A DNA stretch of 64,000 bases from an uncultured Ignavibacteriales bacterium (GTDB lineage Bacteria; Bacteroidota; Ignavibacteria; Ignavibacteriales; Ignavibacteriaceae): the NCBI GenBank assembly GCA_963764685.1, contig CAVXTT010000032.1, positions 36,472 to 100,471 of the forward strand, read 5' to 3'. The notes below the pieces were generated by a model. The model saw nothing but the letters and a program-made list of their open reading frames with translations. It was not told the DNA's origin and ran no database searches. A program made the translations under genes and the position numbers. Shown here piece after piece: positions 9,578-20,323 of the stretch. Position 1 is the first letter of the stretch. Every line of letters starts with the position of its first letter.

Positions 9578-10843
9578 TTTATCCCTCCGGTTGAATGGTA
9601 AATAACATTACCATTTTTAATAGTCATTGTGTTAAGGTTTGTGCCGATATTGTAGACCAGGTCGGCGTAGTCTTTTGTGTTCAGGACTGAAAAATCTGCT
9701 TTCTTTCCGGTTTCAATACTTCCTGTATTCTTATTTATTTTCAATGCCTTAGCGGCGTTAATTGTCACAGAGGATATCACTTCCTCGATGCTCATTTTCA
9801 TCTTTAATGCTGCAATGCTCATTACAAGGTGCATACTGATTATGTTTGAAGAACCGGGGTTGTAATCAGTTGCAATGGATACAACTGCGTTTGAATCGAT
9901 CAGCTTGCGTGCAGGCGCATATCCGTAGTTGAGAAAGAAGGATACCCCCGGCAGCAGAGTACAAACGATATCAGAACCTCACAAGAGCCTTAAAGTAATG
10001 ATCAGGAATTACCTCCAGGTGATCGATGCTTACTGCATTATGTTTTAATGCTAAATCAATTCCCCCGATGCTATTGAACTGATCAGTGTGAAGCTTGAGT
10101 CCCAGTCCATAAGAAGCAGCTTTCGTAAATATCCGGTCTACCTCATCAGTTGAAAATGCTGTACTTTCACAATATGCATCGCAGAAAAGGGCAAGCTTGT
10201 TATCTCTTATAAACGGGAGCATTTGTTCAGTCAGAAGATCTAAATACCCATTATGATCTTCCTTAAACTCCGGCGGAAAGGTATGTGCCCCTAAAAATGT
10301 CGGAATAATATCAACAGGATATATTCTGTTAAGCTGGTTTATCAGCTGAAGTATCTTTATCTCCGATTCGAAATCAAGACCATAGCCGCTTTTAATTTCA
10401 ATAGTTGTAACACCCTGGGAAATAAAATTCTGTATTCTTGGTTTAATTAAGCTGAGGAAATCTTCAGCAGTTATTTTACGAACTGCATTAACAGTTGTCA
10501 GGATCCCTCCTCCGGAGCGGGCAATCTCTTCATAGGATACACCTGAAAGCTTTAATCTGAATTCCTCAGCCCTGGATCCTGCAAATGCAGTGTGGGTGTG
10601 CGATTCTATGAGTCCCGGCAGAACTGTAAGATCCTTTACATCAATAATTTCATATTCTGAAATGTTCTTAATCGAATGATTAGGGATAATATCCTTAATA
10701 ATATCATTTTCAATAATCAAAGAATGATTGAATATTGGAGATATTTCTTTGAGATCAGCACCCCTCTTGTAATTTTTTCCTTTAGTATCGACCGTAACTA
10801 TCTGAGCAGGGTACTGCAGCAGCTTAAGTTTATTTGAAAACAT
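9574..10843 (-). pseudogene. hutI: imidazolonepropionase, frame interrupted
   Basis: Amidohydrolase motif ESHTHTAFAGSRAEEF. The C-part reads ...LLPGVSFFLNYGYAPARKLIDSNAVVSIATDYNPGSS... upstream of ORF 9834..9574. A single indel near 9970-9975 separates it from ORF 10843..9971. Confidence 0.85.
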
Positions 10844-11366
10844 TCACCTTCTCGGATACTACTTTTGTTTCTTTGTAACCCATCTGGTTTAACTGGAAGC
10901 TGAAATCCCGTGCATCGTTTACATTCAAAAAATCGCCTGCCTTAACTTTATAGAAGGGAGGATCAAATGTCACATATACGGGCTTTTGATTTGTCTTAAA
11001 ATATACTTCCGATCTTATCTGGTTAGCCTCCTCAAGATTATCAGTAGCAGTAATCTGCACCCTGTAACCGTCAACCTGGTCGACGATTGTCCTGGATTGA
11101 TTCGTTCCGGAAGTATCCTTTTCGTAAGTAAACCAGAGATCAAGATCTTCACTTTTTACACTATTATCAGGGGGAGTTTTAAGATCAAAAGTTTCCCTGT
11201 AGGGATAGGTGTCAAATTCTGCCGTTTTAACTTCAGGTTCTTTTTTTGTCTCGGCTACCTCTTTATCTTCTTTTTTTTCATTTTTTTCATACCTGCTGCC
11301 TGTGGAAGCACTGCAGCCGGCTATAAAAAGTATGCAAATTATTAAAAGAATATATTTCATAAACAA
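10830..11366 (-). CDS. SPOR domain-containing lipoprotein
   Basis: Lipobox LFIAGCSAS, a K/E-rich linker, and a C-terminal SPOR-like segment (YRVQITATDNLEEANQIR...FYKVKAGDF). Confidence 0.65.
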   Translation of the reverse strand: MFMKYILLIICILFIAGCSASTGSRYEKNEKKEDKEVAETKKEPEVKTAEFDTYPYRETFDLKTPPDNSVKSEDLDLWFTYEKDTSGTNQSRTIVDQVDGYRVQITATDNLEEANQIRSEVYFKTNQKPVYVTFDPPFYKVKAGDFLNVNDARDFSFQLNQMGYKETKVVSEKVNVFK

Positions 11367-11560
11367 AAAATTTTGGCAAATATACGCAATTATCCTCTTT
11401 TCCTGAAGAGCGCGAGATTGTCAGGATGTGATTTTTTAACACATATAATATTAATCGTGCGCGTGTAAAATAAGAGAATCGGGAGCTGGAAAATCTTTTA
11501 TTTTGGCAAATAATATTAGTTTTTGTAAATTTGCACATTAAAATTAAACAATTCTTTGAA

Positions 11561-13054
11561 ATGGCATCCAAAAAACTGAAAATCCTCTTCGTCACTTCTG
11601 AAGTTGTTCCTTTTGTTAAAACCGGCGGATTGGCAGATGTATCTGCCGCGTTACCTCAAATGTTATCTGAATTAGGGCACGAAGTTCGTATTGTTGTGCC
11701 TAAATACGGGGCGGTCGACAGCCGTAAATTTAAAATTCACGATGTAGTCAGGCTGAAGGACATTGTAATTAAGATCGGTGATAAGGACGTCACGTTTTCT
11801 TTACGTTCGTGTTTCCTTCCCGGACAAAAAGTGAGGGTTCAGATATATTTTCTTGATAATCAGGAATATTTTGGAAGCCGGAACAGCTTATATACCGATC
11901 CGTCTACAGGTAACGACTATCAGGATAACGATGAACGGTTTATTCTTCTGTCAAGGTCTGTCTTTGAACTTATCTCTAAATTAGGCTGGATACCCGATAT
12001 AATTCACTGTAATGACTGGCAGTGCGGTCTTATTCCTGCCTACCTTAAGACCCTGTATAACAATGAGGAGACATTTAAACCCTTTAAAACCCTTTTTACT
12101 ATTCATAATTTAGCATACCAGGGTGACTTCCCTAAGTCCACTTTCAAAAAAACAGGCCTGCCCGATGAACTCAATTCAGAAAAGGGAATTGAGATCTACG
12201 GAAAGGTTAACTTTATGAAAAGCGGGCTGATGTTTGCCGATGTGATCAATACCGTTAGTGAAACATATGCAAATGAAATAAGATCGAACGAGGAATTAGG
12301 AGCAGGTCTTAGGTCGGTTTTCGCAAAGAGAAAAAGTGACCTTTTCGGCATTATAAATGGAATTGATACAAAGATATGGAATCCCGAAAAGGATAAATAT
12401 ATTGTAAAGAATTATTCAGCTAAGACGCTAGAGTTCAAAGAACAAAATAAAATCTACCTGGCAGAGAAGTTCGGCTTTGAGTATAACCCCAAAATTCCAA
12501 TCATCGGCATTATCTCAAGATTGTATGATGCAAAGGGTATGGATCTTATAAATGAAGCTTTCGCCGATATGATGAAGTTGAAAATCCAGGTAATACTTTT
12601 AGGAACCGGTGAAAGGAGGTACCATACCTTCTTTGAAAAAATGAGCACCAAACATAAAGGGAAATTTGCCTGCTACCTCGGCTTCAATGATGAGCTTGCC
12701 CATCTCATTGAAGGTGGAGCAGATATTCTCTTGATGCCTTCACGGTATGAACCTTGCGGTCTTAACCAGATGTACAGCCTGGTATATGGAACAGTTCCCC
12801 TTGTTAGGGAAACCGGGGGACTGGCAGATACCGTTATAAAATACAATGATAAAACCGGCGAGGGTAATGGATTTGCATTCAAACAATATGACTCTGCGGC
12901 TATGCTTAAAGAACTGAACCGTGCACTGAAGCTGTTTGATGATAAGAAAACCTGGACACGTATTATGAAAAATGGAATGAAATCAGATTTCAGCTGGAAT
13001 CTATCCGCCAAAAAATATCTCGATCTTTATCGTACCATTCTGAATAACGAGTAG
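11561..13054 (+). CDS. glgA: glycogen synthase (ADP-glucose type)
   Basis: Starts MASKKLKILFVTSEVVPFVKTGGLADV (KTGGL motif), with PSRYEPCGLNQMY in the C-terminal domain. The upstream TTG 11531 would add only 10 non-conserved residues. Confidence 0.9.
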   Translation: MASKKLKILFVTSEVVPFVKTGGLADVSAALPQMLSELGHEVRIVVPKYGAVDSRKFKIHDVVRLKDIVIKIGDKDVTFSLRSCFLPGQKVRVQIYFLDNQEYFGSRNSLYTDPSTGNDYQDNDERFILLSRSVFELISKLGWIPDIIHCNDWQCGLIPAYLKTLYNNEETFKPFKTLFTIHNLAYQGDFPKSTFKKTGLPDELNSEKGIEIYGKVNFMKSGLMFADVINTVSETYANEIRSNEELGAGLRSVFAKRKSDLFGIINGIDTKIWNPEKDKYIVKNYSAKTLEFKEQNKIYLAEKFGFEYNPKIPIIGIISRLYDAKGMDLINEAFADMMKLKIQVILLGTGERRYHTFFEKMSTKHKGKFACYLGFNDELAHLIEGGADILLMPSRYEPCGLNQMYSLVYGTVPLVRETGGLADTVIKYNDKTGEGNGFAFKQYDSAAMLKELNRALKLFDDKKTWTRIMKNGMKSDFSWNLSAKKYLDLYRTILNNE

Positions 13055-13624
13055 ATGCTTAACAGGGCTGTTTTCCTTGACAGGGACGGGACGCTGAATG
13101 AGGATCCAGGATATCTTGGTGACCCATCGAAACTTACATTATTCCCCGGAGCAGGTAAAGCACTTTGCATTCTTAAAAAAGCAGGATTCAAACTTATAGT
13201 TATATCAAACCAATCAGGTGTTGCCAGGGGCTTGATAAGTTCTGAAATGGTGGATATGGTGAACCGGAGACTAAACGAATTACTTAAAGAAGATAATGCT
13301 TCGGTTGATGCGTTTTATGTATGCCCATTCCACCCTGACTTTAATTCAGCAGAGGAATGTACTTGCCGCAAGCCCTCTCCGGCTTTAGTGCTCAAAGCTG
13401 CAGAAGACCACCGGATAGATCTTAAACAATCCTATTTTATAGGTGATGCTGTAAGTGATATAGAATGCGGATTTAATGCAGGCTGCAAAACGATTCTTGT
13501 CAAGACAGGATATGGGGCAGAGACGTTTTCTATCTTGCAAAAGCAAAATAAATTTCCCAGTTTTGTTGCCGAAAATATAATGGAAGCCTGCAGCTTTATA
13601 TATAATGATATTCCGGAGAATTAA
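13055..13624 (+). CDS. gmhB: HAD-IIIA phosphatase, D,D-heptose 1,7-bisphosphate phosphatase-like
   Basis: Motifs VFLDRDGTLNED, SNQSGVARG, a Cys cluster CPFHP...CTCRKP, and GDAVSDIECG. Confidence 0.75.
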   Translation: MLNRAVFLDRDGTLNEDPGYLGDPSKLTLFPGAGKALCILKKAGFKLIVISNQSGVARGLISSEMVDMVNRRLNELLKEDNASVDAFYVCPFHPDFNSAEECTCRKPSPALVLKAAEDHRIDLKQSYFIGDAVSDIECGFNAGCKTILVKTGYGAETFSILQKQNKFPSFVAENIMEACSFIYNDIPEN

Positions 13625-14800
13625 TTGACCATCAAAAAGTTCCTGCATATAGTTCCTGTCATTTTATCAATTTACCTGTCCGCCTGCACCGATGAACCCT
13701 CAAATATCGGGTCTGAGCTATTAGGACAGGATGTAATAATAATCGAACAGATTAATTCTCTTACTGATACAATGTCGCAGACCTCAAGCAGTACATTAAA
13801 ATATGTTCCGCTTGGTTCATCTAACCGGCTTTTATTAGGCAGGCACGCTAATGTTCAGGCGTCATTTCTTATAAGGTACAGCTTTTCTTTCCCTGATTCA
13901 CTTAAACAGGATATAAAAGACGATTCAATAGTTGTGAGCTCGGCAAAGGTTAAATTATTAAGGACATACACATTCGGTGATACCAACAGTGTACTGGATA
14001 TAAATGTTGAGAAGGTATTAAGCTCCTGGTCGAGCGCAGGCTTCATTGCCGACAGTCTTGTAAATCTTCAGACCACTGCCATTGCGGTGGATTCAATGTC
14101 TGTTACTGATACTCTAACATCCTTTAAGATCGATAATGCAGTAGCGCTGGAATGGCTGAAGACAGCTGCTGATCCGACTACAGGAAATAATTATGGTCTT
14201 TACCTTAAACCGGGTCCCTCTGCCAATAAAGTTTACGGTTACCAGGCTCTTATTGCCTCTGCGCAGAATATTCCACAACTCGAGCTGATAATACAGAAAC
14301 CGGGTTTTTATACCGACACCCTGTTCTATTATTCTGCTGCAGATGCAGGTATATTACAGAATATTGCTCCTTACCCGACGGGTGAGTTCATTACTATTCA
14401 GGCAGGACTTAAAATAATGTCCTACCTCAAGTTCGACATAAGCTCTCTCCCTCAGTATGCAGTGATCAATAAAGCCGAACTGATCCTGACATCAGACACT
14501 ACGCAGAATATTTATTCTTCAGATGCCTCAAACAGGATTGCAGCCTATGTACCGCGAGATACAAGCACCCTTGACAGTATAGCATCTTCAACCCCATACT
14601 TTACTAAAAGCGGCGGTACATATACGGGTAATATAACTGCGCTTGTACAGGATTGGCTTGTAACCCGCAGCAACAGGGGATTGGTACTTACAACTTCGAA
14701 TGAGCTTAATGGATTAGAACGTTTTATTATCTGGGGCAGTAATGCTTCCGATCCGGCATTGAGACCAAGGCTGGTAATTACTTATACAAATAAATTGTAA
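13625..14800 (+). CDS. lipoprotein of unknown function (DUF4270-like?)
   Basis: TTG start directly after the gmhB stop. Signal peptide plus lipobox LSAC, with no catalytic motifs. Its position next to glgA recalls the DUF4270 family of Bacteroidota, from memory and not verified. Confidence 0.55.
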   Translation: MTIKKFLHIVPVILSIYLSACTDEPSNIGSELLGQDVIIIEQINSLTDTMSQTSSSTLKYVPLGSSNRLLLGRHANVQASFLIRYSFSFPDSLKQDIKDDSIVVSSAKVKLLRTYTFGDTNSVLDINVEKVLSSWSSAGFIADSLVNLQTTAIAVDSMSVTDTLTSFKIDNAVALEWLKTAADPTTGNNYGLYLKPGPSANKVYGYQALIASAQNIPQLELIIQKPGFYTDTLFYYSAADAGILQNIAPYPTGEFITIQAGLKIMSYLKFDISSLPQYAVINKAELILTSDTTQNIYSSDASNRIAAYVPRDTSTLDSIASSTPYFTKSGGTYTGNITALVQDWLVTRSNRGLVLTTSNELNGLERFIIWGSNASDPALRPRLVITYTNKL

Positions 14801-14809
14801 GGAAAGATT

Positions 14810-16042
14810 TTGATTAAACAGATTCTCCTTGTTCTAATAGCCCTTTTTCAGATTCAGGCCTTCGCACAGACAAGCTCAAGCTACAGCAGGTACGGTATAG
14901 GTGATATCGAGTATAGTTACTCGGCAAGAAAACTTGGTATGGGACAGCTCGGTACTGCAGTTTCTGATATAGATTTTATTAACACACTTAATCCTGCCGG
15001 ATGGAATAAAATAAGCAGCACAAGGATAGAGTTCGGGATCAATTACAGCGGAATGACTTTATCTTCTAAAGGTCTTAGTAAATATTATTCTGATACACAA
15101 TTCTCAGGCTTTACTCTCGCATTCCCCATCAGCAGTCTTTATGGAATAACTATGGCTGCAGGAATAATTCCCTATTCTAATGTAAGCTATAATGTAGTTG
15201 AGAGCTATTCTTCTGAAACAGCGGGAGATTATACTATATCATATACTGGTTCAGGAGGATTATCCAAGTTATTCGTAGGCAGTTCCTTTAAATTTCCAAT
15301 TGACTTAATTGTTGGCGCTACTCTGGATTATTACTTCGGAAATCTTAATTACAAATCCATTGCAGAATTCACCGATCCGGCTATGAAGCCTGCTGAATAT
15401 GTAAGAACTTATGCGCCAAAAGGTATTGGAACGACAGTCGGTATTATTAGTCCCGATTTCTCAAACCTGTTTGGAGAAAAGAGTATATCTGATCTGAGAA
15501 TAGGTATTTCCTCAAATATATTCAGTACCCTGGAAACTGATACTACATTGATCTCCGACAGGGAAGGCACCATTGATACAATATCCGGTGCAATTGTTGA
15601 ATTGAAAGTACCCCCGAGAATACACACAGGATTAAGTATGACCCTGAGCGAAGTATACCTTGTAACCCTGGATTATGCATTTCAGCAGTGGGGAGATGTT
15701 TTATTTAACAACAAGAGCGGGGAGAACTTAACTAACTCTCAGAAGTTAAGCGGCGGATTTGAATACAGACCCGCTAAAGAGATAGGCAGCACCTTCTGGC
15801 AGATGATAATGCTTAGAGGCGGTCTGACATATGAAAAGACCCAGTATGCAATAAACGGGGAAAGAATTTATTTCTATGCTGCATCTGCAGGTTTCTCGGT
15901 GCCGCTGGGTGTCGGTAATACCATTGATGTTGCAGTTCAGTATGGGATCAGAGGTACCGAGGACTTCATAAAAGAGAATATAGTACGGTTAAGTGTAGGA
16001 ATCAGTCTGGGTGATAACTGGTTCATCAGACAGGAGAAATAA
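14810..16042 (+). CDS. putative outer-membrane beta-barrel protein
   Basis: Signal peptide ending QAFAQ and an SYSRYGIGD N-terminal motif. Sequence shows an alternating amphipathic beta-strand pattern rich in G/Y/S. Family not recognised. Confidence 0.5.
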   Translation: MIKQILLVLIALFQIQAFAQTSSSYSRYGIGDIEYSYSARKLGMGQLGTAVSDIDFINTLNPAGWNKISSTRIEFGINYSGMTLSSKGLSKYYSDTQFSGFTLAFPISSLYGITMAAGIIPYSNVSYNVVESYSSETAGDYTISYTGSGGLSKLFVGSSFKFPIDLIVGATLDYYFGNLNYKSIAEFTDPAMKPAEYVRTYAPKGIGTTVGIISPDFSNLFGEKSISDLRIGISSNIFSTLETDTTLISDREGTIDTISGAIVELKVPPRIHTGLSMTLSEVYLVTLDYAFQQWGDVLFNNKSGENLTNSQKLSGGFEYRPAKEIGSTFWQMIMLRGGLTYEKTQYAINGERIYFYAASAGFSVPLGVGNTIDVAVQYGIRGTEDFIKENIVRLSVGISLGDNWFIRQEK

Positions 16043-16249
16043 AAAAACTTCCTTCCTCTGTAATAAGTTCATTTCGTACATCTTGCGAAAGGTTCTTAGT
16101 TCTGTAGTTCTTTGTTCCTGGTTTTTATGCCGCGTCTGAATAATTAATAGTTTTTTATTTTACTGCGTCTCATTTCGACCTTTTCTTATTTTCTAAAGTG
16201 TTCCCTATATTTTCATTGAAGCTGGTATTTGACAAGTGCTGTCGGAATC

Positions 16250-16279
16250 AAAAAAAAAGGCTGCCCTCACGAGCAGCCC
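16250..16279 (-). terminator. rho-independent terminator after the C25 peptidase gene
   Basis: On the minus strand, stem GGCTGC/GCAGCC is followed by a T9 run (plus-strand A-run at 16250-16258). It lies about 20 nt downstream of the stop at 16301. Confidence 0.8.
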
Positions 16280-16300
16280 TGTGAACAATGCGATCGAATA

Positions 16301-19300
16301 CTATTTGAGGACCATCATTTTCTTAACTGCAGTAAATTCACCTGCCTGAATATGGTAGATGTACATACCGCTTGCATATTTAGATGAGTTCCACTTATAG
16401 GTATAATATCCCGGTTCAAGCTGCTGACTTACAATTGTCTCAACTTCACTTCCCAATGCATCATAAACCTTTAGAGTTACATCAGCATTCTTTGGGAGTG
16501 CAAATTTAATTGTCGTTTCAGGATTGAACGGATTAGGATAGTTCTGCGATAAACTGAACTCAAGAGGAATTGCAGAGTATTCAACATCGAGAACTTCAGA
16601 ATATGCATACGTTCCGTTATAATCAACCTGCTTCAGCCTGTAATACATTGTACCGCTGCCTGTAAGCTGATTATCGGTGAATGAATATCTCTGTTTCTCT
16701 GTTGTTGTTCCATTACCCTTAATATTTCCAATAGAGGTAAAGGTTTTTCCATCGCTGCTTCTTTGAATATCGAATCCGGAGTTATTAGTTTCTGTTGCAG
16801 TTTCCCAGGTAAGTGTTATTGACGCTTCTTTCATATCCGCACTGAATGAAACCAGTTCAACCGGTACACCCATCAGATCAAAGAATGTTAATATTCTTCC
16901 CATAACGGAATCCCTTAATGATGGGGAAGCACCATTAACCAGTCCGCCGAATTCAAATGAAGTACCGAACGTTTTATAGGTACCCGCATTATATGAAATA
17001 CCGCAGGCATAATTAACTGTCGGATTTTTGAAAGCAACTATGGCAGGAGCAATCGCAGTAAGCCTGTCGATATAACTGTTCTCACCGTTGTATGAAAATG
17101 TCATCCCTGCTCCGAGTGAATTCGCTTGTCCCTGAACAGTAGTCAGGTCACCGGATCCATCAGCAGTACCCTGAATCTTAAACATCGGATGAACGGCTGT
17201 CTGGTCATCATAATACCAGGTGTCGCCGCCTTCCATAAATAGACGTCCGCCGGCGGTTAAGTAATCTGCAAGCAGCTGTCCTTCAGATGCACTGAGCACG
17301 TGATTGTTGCTGTAGATGCCCAGGCATACAAAAATTGAAGAGTAGATACTGAGGTCAGCAGGGAAGGAGGTTAATGTCTCTGATGTAATATCGCAATTCT
17401 GAATGGCTTCCTGCATCTTTGGAGAAGAGCTCTGATTTGGATCAAGATCAAGAATAAGCACCGGGATTTGACCTACTACTACATGAAATGCTCCAGTACC
17501 TGTAATACCGAGATTGCCTGCAAAATTTATATCAAAATTAACATTGTGTCCGGTAGGAGTTGATGCACTTGCTGCTACACTGAAATCTTTTGTTACTGTA
17601 GCGTTGGTATCAACAGTACCGAATAGCAGGTTGTTTGTATTGATTGTAATGTAAGGATCGGCGGTCACAAGAGTACCGATAACATTCAGAGCTTCAGATG
17701 TTCCGCTATTCTTTAACCCGATGGTCAATGTTGCGGTTTCTCCAGGATCCAGCTTGCCGTTATTATTTCCTAAAGGATCAGCAAGAGTAAAGCCTGTAAA
17801 CTCAAGGTTCGGAGCGTGTGCTCTAACTGTAAAGTAACTTGTCCACTCAGAGCTTCCGTCAGTTGCAACTATGGTAAAATTGCAATTGTGCTCATCGGGG
17901 ACAGTTCCTGCAACAGAAAATGAAAAGCCGTTAGGAATTGTTACTGTTCCGCCGGCAGGTATAGCTCCGTAAGTTTCCGTTGTATCTATCAGTGTAATAA
18001 ATTCATCTGTAGATCTGATCTTTGCAGTTACACCTGCTGCATTCTGGGTTCCTACATTTTTCAGGCAAAGATTTAAAGAGACTGTTTCGCCGTAATCAAG
18101 GAGCCCGTTATTATTTCCGGTATTATCATTTAATGAGCAGCTCTCGTGAACTACATATGCTCCTGCCGGGGGTATAATAGGAACTTCTACTGAATACCTG
18201 TAATAATTCTGTTTTGTAACAGTAACTAATAAATTTTGTCCCGGCAGCAATACCGGAATGGTTATATTTACAGGGGCACCGGTTCCCTCAGCAGATGCAA
18301 TAAGTTCACCGTCTACAGTTAATCCGATCAGCGAATAAATATCGGCATTAACAGTAAAGGTTGTTTGACCGCTTATCAGAACAGGGTTGTGAACTACATT
18401 GAGGTTCTGCGGCATTTCAGAATATACTGTACTGAATGCATCACCGTGATGATGGAATAAATAATAAGTAACCATCTTATCGCCGGTGTTATACGGCCAA
18501 TTGGATGCCTGAAGGAAATACTTTCCTGCCGAGTTTCCGAAAGCGGGGAGTACCTTTACCGGTCCGGCTTGCCCGTATGACGGCATAAATTCCGGCCAGA
18601 AATTATCAAACATACCCCACACATAAGTATCATTAACAAAAGAGTATGATACTTCGGTGGCAGCGATTAATCCAAGTGCACCTTTTTGATGTCTGTGAAA
18701 TGCCTCAGCAAAACACTCGCTGCTGTAATCGAATTTACCTGTCAGACAGTTGATAGAAAGAACAAACACAAGATCATTATTATTTAATGGTACTATATTG
18801 CTGTTATTGTAAGCGGGTTCGCCCCATCCGTTCTCGGCGCCGTGATCACGATGCTGGAGCATAAAAGCGCCGCTGTTAATATCATTGTTAACCCTGGTTG
18901 CATTGCCGCCCCAGTCGGTTAAATGTGAAGGGGTAGCAGGAATATATTGAGTTCCTGTAGGACCAAAGTAGTTAACAATCATACTCGTATTCTGGTTTGA
19001 GGACCAGCTAGTTCCCGGTGTACCGGAATAAATTGCATTCTCCCTTACAGGATGTTTGCCGAGATGATGTTCCCAGAAACCGTTTACTATTTCAGAACAA
19101 AGCTGGAACCACCGTTCCGTCTGCCAGCCCATTGCAGTAACAGGTTTATCATAAAAATTAGGATTGGTCGGAGGATTCCGTTCATAGCCAAGGAATTTAT
19201 TTACCATTGTCTGCAGGTGGGCAGAATTTTGTGCAGTCATCCTTGCAAATATTATATCAGCCATATTATCATTATTTACATCTGCATAAAGATGATCTGA

Positions 19301-20323
19301 CTTGCAGTAGCTGTTCCATATAGGTGATATAATCCCGTTTCCGGTTGCGGCACCTGTGCCATAGTCTGCCATTAATAACACTGCAACAGGTGGTATATCC
19401 CAGGTATTATAAGCATTATTTACATAGGTTTCTATGGCTGTTGTAGTATTCCCGCCGATCTGTGTAAGGGTTACAACACCTGCGCGTATACCCTGTTTCA
19501 GACGGAAATTCTTTATTGAGTCAGCCCACGGAAGGAATTGCGGATTATCAGGAGTAACAATTATATATTCAAAATCTTCTGTGAGTTTATCCGAGATATT
19601 CCGGTTCGTGTAATTGATAACCGGGAGGGTGCTGTAGTTCAATAAAGCATCTCTTAATATAGGATCCCACCAGAGACTGCGTAAACGGTTATCACCGAAT
19701 TTTCCGTTGCCGCCGTTGAATGTTACTTCAACTTTTATGTCCTTGTATACCAGAAGTTCTTTTGTTGCAGGATTATACTGGAAGGGAGTAATTCCAAGTA
19801 TAACCGCATCAACACCTCTGATCTGGGATTTTTCTGAAAGAAGAACCGGGCTCTCAGGGTAATATTTGGAAGACGAATACACCTGGGGGTTCTTATTGTA
19901 TTCGAGCGGTCCCGTTTCGGTATCCTTCGGGATTCTTGGAGCAGGGGCTACATCAATGTTTTGAAGAACCTCTGTCCTCATTGAAATAATTCTGAAAGAA
20001 GCTTCCGAGCCCTGCGGGATTGCTATATAACGTCCCATTCCCGGGAGATCGGGGTAACCGGCATTATTCGGAAGAAATACACCGGGCAGGTGAACTGCTT
20101 TCAGATTGATTCCATCTACTTCAACATCATCCAGCTGAAATTGTGGAACAGAGAAATTAATTAAAACATTTGTTGGAGTTTCACGTTCTATTGATATACC
20201 CTGAGCACCCCAGTTATCGGTATATGTGAACGTTTGCGCATGCACTAAAGCAGAAAAAAGTAAGACGAAGAAGAAGAACAAAAAACTTTTTTTGCAGAGT
20301 AAAAGAAAGTCTCTTTGTTTCAT
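16301..20323 (-). CDS. T9SS-secreted gingipain-like cysteine peptidase (family C25), multidomain
   Basis: 1340 aa with a signal peptide and propeptide. The C25 catalytic region carries His (QHRDHGAENGWGEP) and Cys (LSINCLTGKF). Two CARDB-like domains follow, then a Rossmann-like module, an FN3-like domain and the sorting domain NYPNPFNPET...KKMMVLK. Confidence 0.85.
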   Translation of the reverse strand: MKQRDFLLLCKKSFLFFFFVLLFSALVHAQTFTYTDNWGAQGISIERETPTNVLINFSVPQFQLDDVEVDGINLKAVHLPGVFLPNNAGYPDLPGMGRYIAIPQGSEASFRIISMRTEVLQNIDVAPAPRIPKDTETGPLEYNKNPQVYSSSKYYPESPVLLSEKSQIRGVDAVILGITPFQYNPATKELLVYKDIKVEVTFNGGNGKFGDNRLRSLWWDPILRDALLNYSTLPVINYTNRNISDKLTEDFEYIIVTPDNPQFLPWADSIKNFRLKQGIRAGVVTLTQIGGNTTTAIETYVNNAYNTWDIPPVAVLLMADYGTGAATGNGIISPIWNSYCKSDHLYADVNNDNMADIIFARMTAQNSAHLQTMVNKFLGYERNPPTNPNFYDKPVTAMGWQTERWFQLCSEIVNGFWEHHLGKHPVRENAIYSGTPGTSWSSNQNTSMIVNYFGPTGTQYIPATPSHLTDWGGNATRVNNDINSGAFMLQHRDHGAENGWGEPAYNNSNIVPLNNNDLVFVLSINCLTGKFDYSSECFAEAFHRHQKGALGLIAATEVSYSFVNDTYVWGMFDNFWPEFMPSYGQAGPVKVLPAFGNSAGKYFLQASNWPYNTGDKMVTYYLFHHHGDAFSTVYSEMPQNLNVVHNPVLISGQTTFTVNADIYSLIGLTVDGELIASAEGTGAPVNITIPVLLPGQNLLVTVTKQNYYRYSVEVPIIPPAGAYVVHESCSLNDNTGNNNGLLDYGETVSLNLCLKNVGTQNAAGVTAKIRSTDEFITLIDTTETYGAIPAGGTVTIPNGFSFSVAGTVPDEHNCNFTIVATDGSSEWTSYFTVRAHAPNLEFTGFTLADPLGNNNGKLDPGETATLTIGLKNSGTSEALNVIGTLVTADPYITINTNNLLFGTVDTNATVTKDFSVAASASTPTGHNVNFDINFAGNLGITGTGAFHVVVGQIPVLILDLDPNQSSSPKMQEAIQNCDITSETLTSFPADLSIYSSIFVCLGIYSNNHVLSASEGQLLADYLTAGGRLFMEGGDTWYYDDQTAVHPMFKIQGTADGSGDLTTVQGQANSLGAGMTFSYNGENSYIDRLTAIAPAIVAFKNPTVNYACGISYNAGTYKTFGTSFEFGGLVNGASPSLRDSVMGRILTFFDLMGVPVELVSFSADMKEASITLTWETATETNNSGFDIQRSSDGKTFTSIGNIKGNGTTTEKQRYSFTDNQLTGSGTMYYRLKQVDYNGTYAYSEVLDVEYSAIPLEFSLSQNYPNPFNPETTIKFALPKNADVTLKVYDALGSEVETIVSQQLEPGYYTYKWNSSKYASGMYIYHIQAGEFTAVKKMMVLK

